Part shown: positions 8,781 to 18,341 of the stretch, piece after piece
Position numbering within the stretch: the stretch's first letter is position 1
Layout: each line of letters opens with the position of its first letter
Assembly: GCA_007376185.1 (NCBI GenBank)
Contig: VMFS01000003.1
Span: 25,983 to 89,982 of the forward strand
Direction of reading: 5' to 3'
Length of the DNA stretch: 64,000 nt
Source of the DNA: Parcubacteria group bacterium Gr01-1014_30
GTDB lineage: Bacteria > Patescibacteriota > Minisyncoccia > Minisyncoccales > 2-12-FULL-40-12
Notes under the pieces: model-generated
Databases searched by the model: none
The model's input: only the letters and a program-made list of their open reading frames with translations
What the model was told of the DNA's origin: nothing
Program-made: the position numbers and the translations under genes

Positions 8781-9759
8781 AAAAAATGTTATACTTGTTA
8801 CCGGCGGAGCGGGGTTCATTGGTTCACATTTGTGCGAACGTCTTTTGCAAGAGGGTTATTTTGTGATTTGTCTTGATAACTTCAATACTTTTTACGACCC
8901 GCGCTTGAAAGAAGACAATATTGGCGGGATTAAATCACACTCTCAATTCGTTTTGGTAAGGGGCGATATTTTGGATGCCAGAACTTTAGAAAGCATATTT
9001 GCCAATCACAAAATTGACGAAATTGTACATTTGGCCGCGTTACCAGGAGTTAGAACTTCTTTTTCAGGATCTGGCAGTTACATTAACGTTAATCTGCGAG
9101 GCACTTTGAATTTGCTTAATATGGCAAAAGAGCATAATGTTTCCCAATTCATTTTTTGCTCATCTTCTTCTGTATATGGGAAAGACAGTCAAGTACCTTT
9201 TGTTGAAACAGAAAATAATTTAGTGCCGATTTCACCTTACGGCGTGAGCAAGCTTTCTGCTGAAATTTTGTGCAAAAGTTATCACAAACTTTACGACATC
9301 CCCGTTACGATTTTGCGCATATTTTCAGCTTTCGGGCCGCGGCAAAGGCCTGAATTAGCACTTCACCAGTTTGTCAGGGCGATGAAAAAAGGCCAAGTGA
9401 TTTCAATGTTGGGGGACGGCAGTTCCTCGCGTGATTTCACTTTCGTTGACGACATCGTGGAAGGCATTGTTTTAGCGTTGCAAAAGCGATTCTCTTTTGA
9501 AATTTTCAATCTGGGCAATTCAAAGACCATTCAGTTAAAAGAGCTCATTGATTTGCTGGGAGAGAAACTTGGGATTGAGCCCAAAGTTAAGCAGCTTGCC
9601 GGACACATTGGGGATTTGGATATTACTTATGCCAGTATTGATAAAGCCAAAGAACTTTTAGGTTGGAGCCCTAAAGTTTCTTTTGAAGAAGGTCTTGACA
9701 AGTTTTTGGCGTGGCACAAGGAAAAAGAAGAATTTTTGATTACGTTAAAATATGATTAA
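8770..9759 (+). CDS. NAD-dependent sugar epimerase (UDP-glucuronate 4-epimerase-like)
   Basis: VILVTGGAGFIGSHL. YGVSKLSAE (YxxxK). FGPRQRP. The start was set at the ATG at 8770, overlapping the upstream stop. Confidence 0.7.
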   Translation: MNGKKNVILVTGGAGFIGSHLCERLLQEGYFVICLDNFNTFYDPRLKEDNIGGIKSHSQFVLVRGDILDARTLESIFANHKIDEIVHLAALPGVRTSFSGSGSYINVNLRGTLNLLNMAKEHNVSQFIFCSSSSVYGKDSQVPFVETENNLVPISPYGVSKLSAEILCKSYHKLYDIPVTILRIFSAFGPRQRPELALHQFVRAMKKGQVISMLGDGSSSRDFTFVDDIVEGIVLALQKRFSFEIFNLGNSKTIQLKELIDLLGEKLGIEPKVKQLAGHIGDLDITYASIDKAKELLGWSPKVSFEEGLDKFLAWHKEKEEFLITLKYD

Positions 9760-10657
9760 GCAAATTGCTAAAGAAACAGTTATAACTTGCCTTTTTGGCG
9801 ACCCTGTTGCTCAGAGCGTGTCTCCTTATATGTACGGATATTTTGCCAAAAGAACCGGCATTGAGTATTACAGCCATTTGAAAATTCGCGTGCCCAAAGA
9901 GAAAAAAGGTGAGCTTGGAGAAGCCATCTTGGCGGCAAAGACGTTGGGTTTTGCAGGAATCAACATTACCGTGCCTTACAAAATGGAGGTTATCAAAGAA
10001 CTTGATAAGGTGGATTCGAGAGCCAAAACCATCGGCGCGGTGAATGCCATTTTGGTTAAAGACGGAAAACTAACAGGATACAATACCGACGGCCTTGGAG
10101 CTTTGGCTGCCATGGAGAACAGGTTGCGCAAAATGACTCAAAAGGACAAGGTCGTTGTTTTTGGCGCAGGGGGAGCCTCGAGAGCAATTTTAGGCACGCT
10201 TTTGCCCATTACCAAAAATATTACGGTTCTGCAGAGAAAAGACGACTTTAACTTGGCACATTCTTTAAAAAAATCAATGAAAAAAGTGAATATTCTGCCC
10301 TTAAATTTTGAGAATATCAGCAAATCAGTTATAAGGGCAAACTTTGTGTTAAATGCAACCTCTGTAGGTATGATTCCCAATACAAGGGAGAGCGTTATTT
10401 TGGAAAAGTTGTTCTCGGAGATAAACCGGAAGGCTGCTCTGCGACAGAAATTTTTCTTTGATACTGTTTACAATCCCTATGAAACCAAGTTTTTGTCGCT
10501 TGCCAAAAAATACGGAGCCAAACTCTGCCAGGGGTTGTATATGATGGCGTATCAGGGAGCCGCTTCTTTTGAATTATGGACGGGAAAGAAGGTCGCAAAA
10601 AAAGATGTTGAAGTTGCCTTAAAAATCCTTAAACAAAAAATGGGAGTAAAAGGCTAA
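9752..10657 (+). CDS. Shikimate/quinate dehydrogenase family protein
   Basis: SVSPYMYGYF, GINITVPYK, GAVNAI, GYNTDG and VFGAGGASRAI follow the AroE family order. Confidence 0.75.
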   Translation: MIKQIAKETVITCLFGDPVAQSVSPYMYGYFAKRTGIEYYSHLKIRVPKEKKGELGEAILAAKTLGFAGINITVPYKMEVIKELDKVDSRAKTIGAVNAILVKDGKLTGYNTDGLGALAAMENRLRKMTQKDKVVVFGAGGASRAILGTLLPITKNITVLQRKDDFNLAHSLKKSMKKVNILPLNFENISKSVIRANFVLNATSVGMIPNTRESVILEKLFSEINRKAALRQKFFFDTVYNPYETKFLSLAKKYGAKLCQGLYMMAYQGAASFELWTGKKVAKKDVEVALKILKQKMGVKG

Positions 10658-10664
10658 AAATTGT

Positions 10665-11666
10665 ATGAACACAGAAAATAAAAAAGTAGGTTACGGGGTT
10701 GTGGGCTGCGGCAGAATTTTCCCAGCGCATTATGCGGCGATAAAAAAAGACAGAGATAGCCAACTTATTGCGGTATACGATATCAACTCAGACGCAGTAA
10801 GAGCTGTCAAGGAGAAATTCGGAGTAGAAGCAAAAAATAGTTTGCAAGAGCTGCTTTCTGATCCAAGAGTTGATGTGGTTACAGTATGCACTCCTCATCA
10901 CACACACAAAGATGTTATTTTGAAGGTTATTGAAACCGGGAAGTACTGTTTGTGTGAAAAGCCCATTTGTTTGACAACGAAAGAAGGCGAGGAAATTTTG
11001 ACAAGCCCTCACTACAAAGACAATGTGTTCGTATGCTACCAAAATAGGTTCAATCCGGCCGCGCAATTTTTAATGAAATTGCTTAAAAAAGGAATTTTAG
11101 GGCAAGTTAAGCTGTGTTCTGCGTCTTTAAGGTGGTGGAGAGATAACAGTTATTTTCAGGATTGGCATGGCGATGTGGAGAAAGTCGGTGGCATGGGCTT
11201 TAACCAGGGCGCGCATATTTTAGACATTATGAGACAGGTTTGTGGCATGCCTTTGAGAGTTGATAGGTTAGCTAAGCCAATGCGCGAGAATTCCAACGTG
11301 GACGACGTGCTTTTGGCAAATGTTGTTTTTGATTCAGGCTCGTACGGCAACATAGAGCTGACAACTTTCGCGCCCTACAAGGACTGGGAAGTGTCACTTT
11401 TGGTAGCTGGAGAAAAGGGCACGATAAAAATCGGCGGCGTGTCAGTGAATAAAGTTGAGTTTTTGGACGTCAAAGATGAAGAGTTGATGAAAACCTATCC
11501 CCAATATTCAGAAGAAATAGAAACCGGATACGGCAACAGCCACCCGAGAGTTATTTCAGCTTTAACTGAATTTGTCAAAACCGGCAAAAAGCATCCCAGT
11601 TTAGCTGACGCCAGAGATGGCGTTCAAACAACGGAATTCATTGAAAAAATTTATGAAAGACATTAA
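10665..11666 (+). CDS. Gfo/Idh/MocA family oxidoreductase
   Basis: [36 protein letters not shown] (EKP motif). Confidence 0.75.
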   Translation: MNTENKKVGYGVVGCGRIFPAHYAAIKKDRDSQLIAVYDINSDAVRAVKEKFGVEAKNSLQELLSDPRVDVVTVCTPHHTHKDVILKVIETGKYCLCEKPICLTTKEGEEILTSPHYKDNVFVCYQNRFNPAAQFLMKLLKKGILGQVKLCSASLRWWRDNSYFQDWHGDVEKVGGMGFNQGAHILDIMRQVCGMPLRVDRLAKPMRENSNVDDVLLANVVFDSGSYGNIELTTFAPYKDWEVSLLVAGEKGTIKIGGVSVNKVEFLDVKDEELMKTYPQYSEEIETGYGNSHPRVISALTEFVKTGKKHPSLADARDGVQTTEFIEKIYERH

Positions 11667-12579
11667 CCAACAAGATTTAGAAAAAAATATCCCCTTGGTA
11701 ACAAGGAAAGATTACCAAAGAGAGGTAAAAGCAGGACTCGTTGAGTTCGGAAAAGAAAAAATAGTGGTGATAGCCGGCCCCTGCACCATAGAAAGCAAGA
11801 CGCAAGTAATGGAAATTGCCAAAGCCGTGAAAGATGCGGGAGCTAAAATGCTGCGAGGCGGAGCTTTCAAGCCCTTAACTTTTCCTTATGGCGACCCTTT
11901 GGCTCAGCCAGATTCTAACAGCGGTCAGCCATCTGTTGACCGGCTGAAAGTGTTGACTAAAAAAGAGCAAATGGAGTCAGCCGAAAAAAGGTTGTCTTAT
12001 CTGGCTGAAGCCGGAGCAAAGTATGGGTTGCCAGTGGTGGCGGAAATCATTTACGCCGATTCTGTAGCGATGATGGAAAAGTACGTTGATATGTTTCAAG
12101 TAGGATACCGCCATATGTGGAATATGGATTTGATTGACGCTCTTTCAAAGACCAAAAAGCCATTGCTGCTGAAGCGTCATTACGGAGAAAGTTTGAGGTC
12201 GCTATTGGGCGTGGCAGAGCATTATGAGGCGAGAAACAAGCATAATTTTGCTTTTGTGGAAAGGGGCGTGGCGGTTCCTCACACGCACAATCCGCAATCA
12301 AGAGCAGTTATTGACATTCAGGCGATTCCTGCTTTGAAAGAATTCGCGCCTTCAGTTCCCGTGATTGTTGACCCGAGCCACTCAACTTTTAAGCGGATTT
12401 ATGTGAGTTCTGTGGCAAGGGCAGCCATTGCAGCCGGAGCTGACGGGCTTTTGATTGACATACATCCAGAACCCGAAAAGGCATGGGTTGACCCTTTGCA
12501 GGCGCTGGATTTTAAGGCCTTTGAAAAATTGATGACGGAAATTGAGGGGATAGCAAAAGTTTTGGGAAAGACAATATGA
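11653..12579 (+). CDS. Divergent class I-beta DAHP synthase / KDO8P synthase family aldolase
   Basis: [27 protein letters not shown] and [13 protein letters not shown] are conserved. Canonical KPRTSPY is KPLTFPY, and QIGARNMQN is QVGYRHMWN. There is an extra ~40-aa segment after [10 protein letters not shown]. Confidence 0.65.
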   Translation: MKDINQQDLEKNIPLVTRKDYQREVKAGLVEFGKEKIVVIAGPCTIESKTQVMEIAKAVKDAGAKMLRGGAFKPLTFPYGDPLAQPDSNSGQPSVDRLKVLTKKEQMESAEKRLSYLAEAGAKYGLPVVAEIIYADSVAMMEKYVDMFQVGYRHMWNMDLIDALSKTKKPLLLKRHYGESLRSLLGVAEHYEARNKHNFAFVERGVAVPHTHNPQSRAVIDIQAIPALKEFAPSVPVIVDPSHSTFKRIYVSSVARAAIAAGADGLLIDIHPEPEKAWVDPLQALDFKAFEKLMTEIEGIAKVLGKTI

Positions 12580-12590
12580 GTTTGATGGTA

Positions 12591-12778
12591 GCTCGGCGGT
12601 AAAGTTCCCGTTCGCCGTCCCTCAAAAATCGATCGTCAGCGAAGATGAAGAAGAGATTTATCTCTTCTGACTCCCAGCGAGATTTTGGGGTCTGCGCTCT
12701 CGCGCCGCCATTCCGCCCTCAAGCGGAAACCTTGCTGGCGGCGCTCCGAGAGCCGTCCGGAAACTTCACCGCCTCGCT
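12591..12778. mobile_element. MITE-like GC-rich element with ~20-nt imperfect terminal inverted repeats
   Basis: Ends are gctcggcggtaaagttcccg and ccggaaacttcaccgcctcgc (about 16/20 complementary). Central hairpin agaagaga-ttta-tctcttct. Fills the 12580-12784 intergenic gap. Confidence 0.55.
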
Positions 12779-12784
12779 TAAAAT

Positions 12785-13546
12785 ATGCCTAAAGTATCCA
12801 TCATAGTTAGAACAAAGAACGAAGAAAAGTGGATAGGCGAGTGTTTGAGAGCGGTTTTCGGCCAGAAGTTTAAGGGGTTCGCTGAAACTTCGTCTCCTTT
12901 CACTCCCGCAGGGGCGAGAAGAGAACGAAGTTCTCTGCGAGCGCCTCTCTCTGTTTCACAGAGTTCGGCTTTTGAAGTTGTTGTTGTTGATAACGGGAGC
13001 TTTGACAAAACGTTGGATATCGCGAAAAAATTTCCGGTGAAAATCGTTCATCACAAAGGTAAAGCTTGGTTTCCCGGAAGGTCAATTAACGCCGGAATCA
13101 GAAATTCGTCCGGAAAGTACATTGCTTTGCTTTCGGGACACTGCGTTCCTGTAAACAATAGTTGGCTTAGCGATTTAGTGAGGGAAGTAAAAGCTCCAAA
13201 AATTGCTGGAGTCTACGGCAGGCAACTCCCTTTGCCAGAAAGTTCACCCTTGGACAAGCAGGATTTATTGATGTTTTTCGGCAAAGACCCATTAATTCAA
13301 ACAAAAGGACACTTCTTTTATTTTGACAACGCAAATTGCGTTATCAAAAGGTCGGTTTGGGAGAAAATTCCCTTTGACGCAAAAATTAGGCACAAAGAAA
13401 ACATTATTTGGGGCAGAAAAGTTGTTCAAAGAGGATACAAAATTGTTTACACTCCCAAAGCAAAAGTTTATCACTGGCACGGAATAAATCACGCAGGAAA
13501 TATAAAAAGAGCCAAAGAAGTGGTTAAAGTGCTGGAAAAATTATGA
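12785..13546 (+). CDS. Family 2 glycosyltransferase carrying an in-frame palindromic insert
   Basis: VSIIVRTKNEEKWIGECLRAVFGQ...EVVVVDNGSFDKT is a GT2 N-terminus. A 30-aa foreign segment interrupts it. Confidence 0.75.
   Translation: MPKVSIIVRTKNEEKWIGECLRAVFGQKFKGFAETSSPFTPAGARRERSSLRAPLSVSQSSAFEVVVVDNGSFDKTLDIAKKFPVKIVHHKGKAWFPGRSINAGIRNSSGKYIALLSGHCVPVNNSWLSDLVREVKAPKIAGVYGRQLPLPESSPLDKQDLLMFFGKDPLIQTKGHFFYFDNANCVIKRSVWEKIPFDAKIRHKENIIWGRKVVQRGYKIVYTPKAKVYHWHGINHAGNIKRAKEVVKVLEKL
12881..12970 (+). repeat. In-frame GC-rich palindromic module (90 nt, 30 codons)
   Basis: Encodes AETSSPFTPAGARRERSSLRAPLSVSQSSA between KFKGF and EVVVVDNGS. Arms gaaacttcgtctc / gagaacgaagttctc. Hairpin ctctg-tttca-cagag. 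Confidence 0.7.
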
Positions 13547-14265
13547 ACAAAGAGAACCAAAAGGTGGTGGCAGTAATAATTGCAAGAGGCGGTTCAAAAG
13601 GCGTGCCAAGGAAAAATGTACGGCTTTTGGCAGGCAAACCTTTAATTGCTTACCCCATAATTGCGGCAAAAAATTGTGCTTTGATTAACAGGGTAATAGT
13701 TTCAACAGACAACGACGAGATTGCTTCAGTTGCCAAAGAATGGGGAGGGGAAGTTCCTTTTGTGAGACCTGCGGAATTGGCTGAAGATTTAACCGCGACA
13801 GAGCCGGTTTTGCAGCATGCCATAAAATGGCTTGATGAAAACGAAAAATATCATACGGACATTATGGTGTTTTTGACCGCCACATTTGTTCCGCGAAAGA
13901 AGGGAATTGTGGAAAAAGTCGTTAAACATTTAATTGAACATCCGGAACTGGATTCTGTATTTACAGCAACTCCTACGCACAAAAACTACTGGCGCTTCAA
14001 AGATGGGCAGTGGGTTAGATTGGCTTCAGATATCCCGCATTATGGTTCGCGGCAAACAAAAGAGCCCTTGTGGCGAGAAGATACTCCTTTGGTTTGCGCT
14101 ACAAGAGCTGACTGGATAAGACAGGGAAAAAGAATGGGAGAGAAAGTTTGGATTATTGAGAATGACGCCGAGTTTTCAGTTGACATTGACACTGAATTTG
14201 ATTTCTGGATGGCAGAGGAATACATCAAAAGAGTTAAAAATATTAAAGACTATGAAGGGTTCTAA
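13543..14265 (+). CDS. CMP-sugar (acylneuraminate/ulosonate) cytidylyltransferase family protein
   Basis: AVIIARGGSKGVPRKNVRLLAGKPLIAYPI is the NeuA/CTP_transf_3 N-terminal signature. Confidence 0.75.
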   Translation: MNKENQKVVAVIIARGGSKGVPRKNVRLLAGKPLIAYPIIAAKNCALINRVIVSTDNDEIASVAKEWGGEVPFVRPAELAEDLTATEPVLQHAIKWLDENEKYHTDIMVFLTATFVPRKKGIVEKVVKHLIEHPELDSVFTATPTHKNYWRFKDGQWVRLASDIPHYGSRQTKEPLWREDTPLVCATRADWIRQGKRMGEKVWIIENDAEFSVDIDTEFDFWMAEEYIKRVKNIKDYEGF

Positions 14266-14713
14266 CATTACAAATCAAAATACTTGTCCCGCTTGCGACA
14301 AGTTTCAGCATCCTGAAACGAGTCCGGGCGGAAGAATAAAAGATTACCAACACTGGTTTTTAGAGCATATACCAGAGCCAGTTCCGGTAAAAGGTTGGCT
14401 GGCGCTGAGATTAATAAGGCATGCTGAAGGACTTGTTGGCTTAGACAGCCAAGAAGCTAAAGAACTGGGAGAAATTTTGGAAAATCTGCCAAAGGTCTTA
14501 AAAGAAACAACCGGAGCCGCGCAAATTTATCTCTGTTGTTTTACAGAAGTTGTGCCGCATTTACATTTTCACTTTATTCCCAGATATCCGGAAGAAACCA
14601 AAAGAACCATTGAAGTTTTTGCTCTGCAAAATGAGGTGAAAGCAGGCAAACTGCCGGCGGGTGATCCAAAAGAAGCAGCAACTTTAGCGGAAAGCCTAAA
14701 AAAGAAATTATGA
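14252..14713 (+). CDS. HIT (histidine triad) family protein with N-terminal CxxC
   Basis: VPHLHFHFIPRY is the histidine triad. The start was set at the ATG at 14252, overlapping the upstream stop. Confidence 0.6.
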   Translation: MKGSNITNQNTCPACDKFQHPETSPGGRIKDYQHWFLEHIPEPVPVKGWLALRLIRHAEGLVGLDSQEAKELGEILENLPKVLKETTGAAQIYLCCFTEVVPHLHFHFIPRYPEETKRTIEVFALQNEVKAGKLPAGDPKEAATLAESLKKKL

Positions 14714-15537
14714 TCAACAAAAAGTATTGCCCAAATTGCGAATCGGGAAAGAGAAAACTTATTTTGGATGTGTCTGGAGAAAAGGACACCTATTTGGATT
14801 ATTTGAATTCCAAAGGGTATTTGGATATTGATTATAAAAATATTGTGAGGCAGTACTGGCAGTGCGAAGGTTGTGGTTTGGTTTATCGCAGCCCTGTTTT
14901 AGACAAAAACGAAAAGGAGATTTTGTATGAATATTTTAGGGACGTTGAGTTCAGGGGCGAAAACAGGCAAGAGTATTTCAATAGAATAACTTCTTACCCG
15001 CGACAAGAAAGCGAAAATTACGAAAAATGCAGGTTTTTGGAAAAGTATATTCCAGAGACGGGAACCTTGTTGGACGTTGGCTGCGGCGCAGGAGTGTTTA
15101 TTTATGCTTTCAAAAATTATTTTCAAAAATGGGAAGTGTTAGGTATTGAACCGACTGAAGGCTTTGCCGAGTTTGCCGAGAAAGAAGGCATAAAAGTTGA
15201 CTACGGCTACTTAACAGAAAATACGTATGATAAAACTTTCAACCTTATTAGCTTGATTCACGTTTTGGAGCACGTTGACAGCCCAAAGCCAATGCTGTCG
15301 CTTCTCAAAAAATATCTGGGCTCAAAAAGCTTGCTTTACATTGAAAGCCCTTCTGTGAAGGACATAGATTATTTACCGTCATCTCACGACAGATTTATGA
15401 GCCAGCACGACGTGATTTTTTCTGAAAGTTTTCTGCAAAATTGTTTGAGAGAGTCAGGTTACGAAATTGCGGCTTCTGAAGATTTTATTTCAGCCAGAAA
15501 AAGGAATAACGTCAGGATTTTAGCTAAACTTTTATGA
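14710..15537 (+). CDS. Class I SAM-dependent methyltransferase with N-terminal zinc ribbon
   Basis: CPNC...CEGC. LLDVGCGAGVF motif I. LIHVLEHV. Confidence 0.7.
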   Translation: MINKKYCPNCESGKRKLILDVSGEKDTYLDYLNSKGYLDIDYKNIVRQYWQCEGCGLVYRSPVLDKNEKEILYEYFRDVEFRGENRQEYFNRITSYPRQESENYEKCRFLEKYIPETGTLLDVGCGAGVFIYAFKNYFQKWEVLGIEPTEGFAEFAEKEGIKVDYGYLTENTYDKTFNLISLIHVLEHVDSPKPMLSLLKKYLGSKSLLYIESPSVKDIDYLPSSHDRFMSQHDVIFSESFLQNCLRESGYEIAASEDFISARKRNNVRILAKLL

Positions 15538-16505
15538 CAAAGAGAGTTCTTATAACAGGAGGAGCTGGGTTTATTGGTTCTTATCTAACTGAGCGGCTCT
15601 TAAATCTTGGCTATAATGTATGGGTTATTGATAATCTTTCAGCTGGTTCTGCCAAGAATATCCAGCATCTACTGAAAAGACGCAATTTCCGCTTCGTTAA
15701 AGGGGAAATTTCAAACAAGCAACTCATGAAAAATCTGATGAAGCATACTACGAGGATTTGGCATCTTGCCGCAACCATGGGAGTTAGGCGGATAATGGAG
15801 CAACCTTTGGAATCTTTTAAGAATAACATTGAGAGCACCCACACGATTCTATCTTTAGCTGCAAATAAAAAGATACCAGTATTGATTACTTCTTCCTCAG
15901 AGGTCTACGGGAAGAATCCATATCTTCCTTTTGAAGAAAGCGCAGACAGAATTTATGGAAATATACAAAGCGCGAGATGGGGATATGCTTTGGCAAAAGC
16001 AGTTAATGAATTTCTTGCTTTGGGTTATCTCTGGCAAAAAAAACTTCCATGTATTATAGTACGGCTTTTTAATGTCATTGGGCCGCGTCAAACATCGGCT
16101 TCTGGGATGGTTGTGCCAACTTTCGTGCAGCAAGCCCTGTCTAGAAAGCCCATCACGGTATACGGTGATGGAACACAAACAAGATGTTTTGTAGATGTTG
16201 AAGACATTGTGAGCTCTCTAATTACGCTCATGGAAACAAAGAAAGCTTTTGGTGAAACCTTCGATGTGGGGTCCGACGAAGAGATTAAAATGATAGAGCT
16301 AGCGAGATTAGTAAAAAAATTAACAAAAAGCAGTTCAGACATTCTTTTGATACCCTATAAGAAAGTTTATAATTCTCCTTTTGAGGATGTCATGCGCAGC
16401 AAACCTAGTCTTACTAAAATTAGAAAGTTCATCAACTTTAAACCAAATTTTACCCTTAAGGAAAGTTTAAAAAAAATTATTGATTATGCGAAAACAAATT
16501 TCTAG
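15534..16505 (+). CDS. SDR sugar epimerase/dehydratase (UDP-glucuronate decarboxylase-like)
   Basis: VLITGGAGFIGSYL. SSSEVYG. YALAKAVNE (YxxxK). Confidence 0.7.
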   Translation: MTKRVLITGGAGFIGSYLTERLLNLGYNVWVIDNLSAGSAKNIQHLLKRRNFRFVKGEISNKQLMKNLMKHTTRIWHLAATMGVRRIMEQPLESFKNNIESTHTILSLAANKKIPVLITSSSEVYGKNPYLPFEESADRIYGNIQSARWGYALAKAVNEFLALGYLWQKKLPCIIVRLFNVIGPRQTSASGMVVPTFVQQALSRKPITVYGDGTQTRCFVDVEDIVSSLITLMETKKAFGETFDVGSDEEIKMIELARLVKKLTKSSSDILLIPYKKVYNSPFEDVMRSKPSLTKIRKFINFKPNFTLKESLKKIIDYAKTNF

Positions 16506-17670
16506 AAAAAACTCCCCCTCATTTTTGTTCATAGATCACGTGTATCCGCCTGCTTTGGATTATTTCAACTTGAATGACGATACAAAGAGCAATTATGAAG
16601 CAACTAAAAGGAAAATCTCTCAGCAGATACTAAACAGAGGTTCTCTTCTTGCGGTGAATTTTCAAAAGCTCGGGTATAGGGCGGATTCGATTATATTAAG
16701 TTGCGAACCGCTCCAGAAAAAATGGGCCAGAGAGCACGGCATCGGAATAACCTCCCTTCCCGTTCCCCATATTGCCAGGAAATCGTATTTTGTAAGGTCT
16801 ATTTTTTCAAAATTCCCAAAAATGTACTATTTTCTTAAAGGGTTAGCTGAGAAAAAAAGTTTTAATTTCCAGATTCTGCTTGCCCAAATTCAGGATTTCA
16901 AACCCGCCGTTTTGTTCATTCTTGACTTTCACCAATTTACTCCAGACTTTTTGGAAACAGCAAGAAAATATGTTGGGAAAATAGCGGCTTTCGTCAACGC
17001 TCCAATATATGCGCCAGCTGAATTATTTAAAAGTTACGACATTCTTTTTTCGCCTTTTCCTCACTACGTGGAAATGTTTCAGAAAATGGGAATTTCGTCC
17101 GCTTATCTTCCATTTAGTTTTGAGCCGATTATTTTGGAGGAAATTGGCAAAAAAGAAAGAATTGAGGACTGCGTTTTCATTGGCGGATTAAGCAGGGGCA
17201 TGGATAAAATCTCCTTTCTTGAAGAGCTTTCCCGAAAAATCAATGTGAAGTTCTGGGGATATATGAATCCGACTCTTCCTTCTGATTCGCCAATCCTGTC
17301 AACTTATAAAGGTCAAGCTTGGGGAATTGACGTATTGAAGATTTTGGCAAAAAGCAAGATTGTCGTGAACCGCCACGTTCAGAAACATGAAAATTTCTCC
17401 AGTAAATACGCAGATAATGTTCGACTTTATGAGTCAACGGGCATGGGAGCACTATTAATTACCGACTGGAAAGAGAATCTGGGAGAGTTATTTGAAATTG
17501 GGAAAGAAGTGGAGACGTACCGCACGAGCGAAGAAGCCGCAGAGAAGGTTAAATATTACCTTTCTCACGAGCGAGAAAGAGAAAAAATCGCCAAAGCAGG
17601 GCAAGCGCGAACGCTGCAGGACCATACCTATGAACAGCGAGCGAAAAAGATAATGGAAATTTTATCATGA
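16486..17670 (+). CDS. CgeB-like glycosyltransferase (GT-B C-terminal domain)
   Basis: C-terminal YESTGMGALLITD...EVETYRTSEEAAEKVKYYLSHEREREKIAKAGQARTLQDHTYEQRAKKIMEIL matches the CgeB/Glyco_trans_1_2 pattern. First ATG at 16486. Confidence 0.55.
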   Translation: MRKQISRKNSPSFLFIDHVYPPALDYFNLNDDTKSNYEATKRKISQQILNRGSLLAVNFQKLGYRADSIILSCEPLQKKWAREHGIGITSLPVPHIARKSYFVRSIFSKFPKMYYFLKGLAEKKSFNFQILLAQIQDFKPAVLFILDFHQFTPDFLETARKYVGKIAAFVNAPIYAPAELFKSYDILFSPFPHYVEMFQKMGISSAYLPFSFEPIILEEIGKKERIEDCVFIGGLSRGMDKISFLEELSRKINVKFWGYMNPTLPSDSPILSTYKGQAWGIDVLKILAKSKIVVNRHVQKHENFSSKYADNVRLYESTGMGALLITDWKENLGELFEIGKEVETYRTSEEAAEKVKYYLSHEREREKIAKAGQARTLQDHTYEQRAKKIMEILS

Positions 17671-18341
17671 TAAACCTTTTTGATCATCCATTTACAATCA
17701 CTACCTACAATGCCTTTCGGCGAAGATTTTTAATTGGGAAGGCAAAACTGCAGCGTCGAAATTTTGACGATTATATTTTTGGTTTGTGGGCAAAGAACTT
17801 TGGTGTAGCCCTAGATATTAATTGTTTGAAAAGGTTGGATACTATCTTGCAAAAAATGAAACCACGATCGATTTTTGAATTTGGCTCATGAGTTTCCACG
17901 GCAGTGCTTGCAAAGTATGCAGAAAACAACGATTGCACTATTACCGTAGTCGAAGATAGTTCTACTTATTTGGAGATTATGAAAAAAAATATTTCAACAA
18001 AGTATAAAAGTGATCACTTCACTTTTGTTTATGCGCCGAATCACTACAAGGATTATCTGGAAGCGAGTATCAATCCAGGAACGATGGATTTGGTGGTTAT
18101 CGATGGTCCTGATGGAGAAGAACATCGGCTATACAATAAGTTTTTCTATGAAAAGATTATTGGACCTGAAACTACATGCATTATTGATGATACAGACTAT
18201 TCTGCGCTCGATAGACTTGCGGAGGAGATTGCGCGCAGAAATTCGCTAAAGAAAATTGATTTTCGGGATGCGTTTTATAGTAAAGCACATCAATACTCAA
18301 TTCTCTTCCCGCAAACAGCAAACACCAAAGAAATAATATGA
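17667..18341 (+). pseudogene. Class I methyltransferase-like gene interrupted by a single in-frame TGA (17889-17891)
   Basis: ORFs 17667-17891 and 17904-18341 share one frame. The continuous reading is ...RSIFEFGS-TGA-VSTAVLAKYAE...DLVVIDGPDG. The stop sits where a Gly of an E-x-G-x-G-type SAM motif is expected. Confidence 0.5.

Noticed and set aside
17889-17891. Selenocysteine at the in-frame TGA.
   Set aside because: The position corresponds to a glycine of a nucleotide-binding loop, not a redox Cys. No SECIS-like hairpin is evident immediately downstream.
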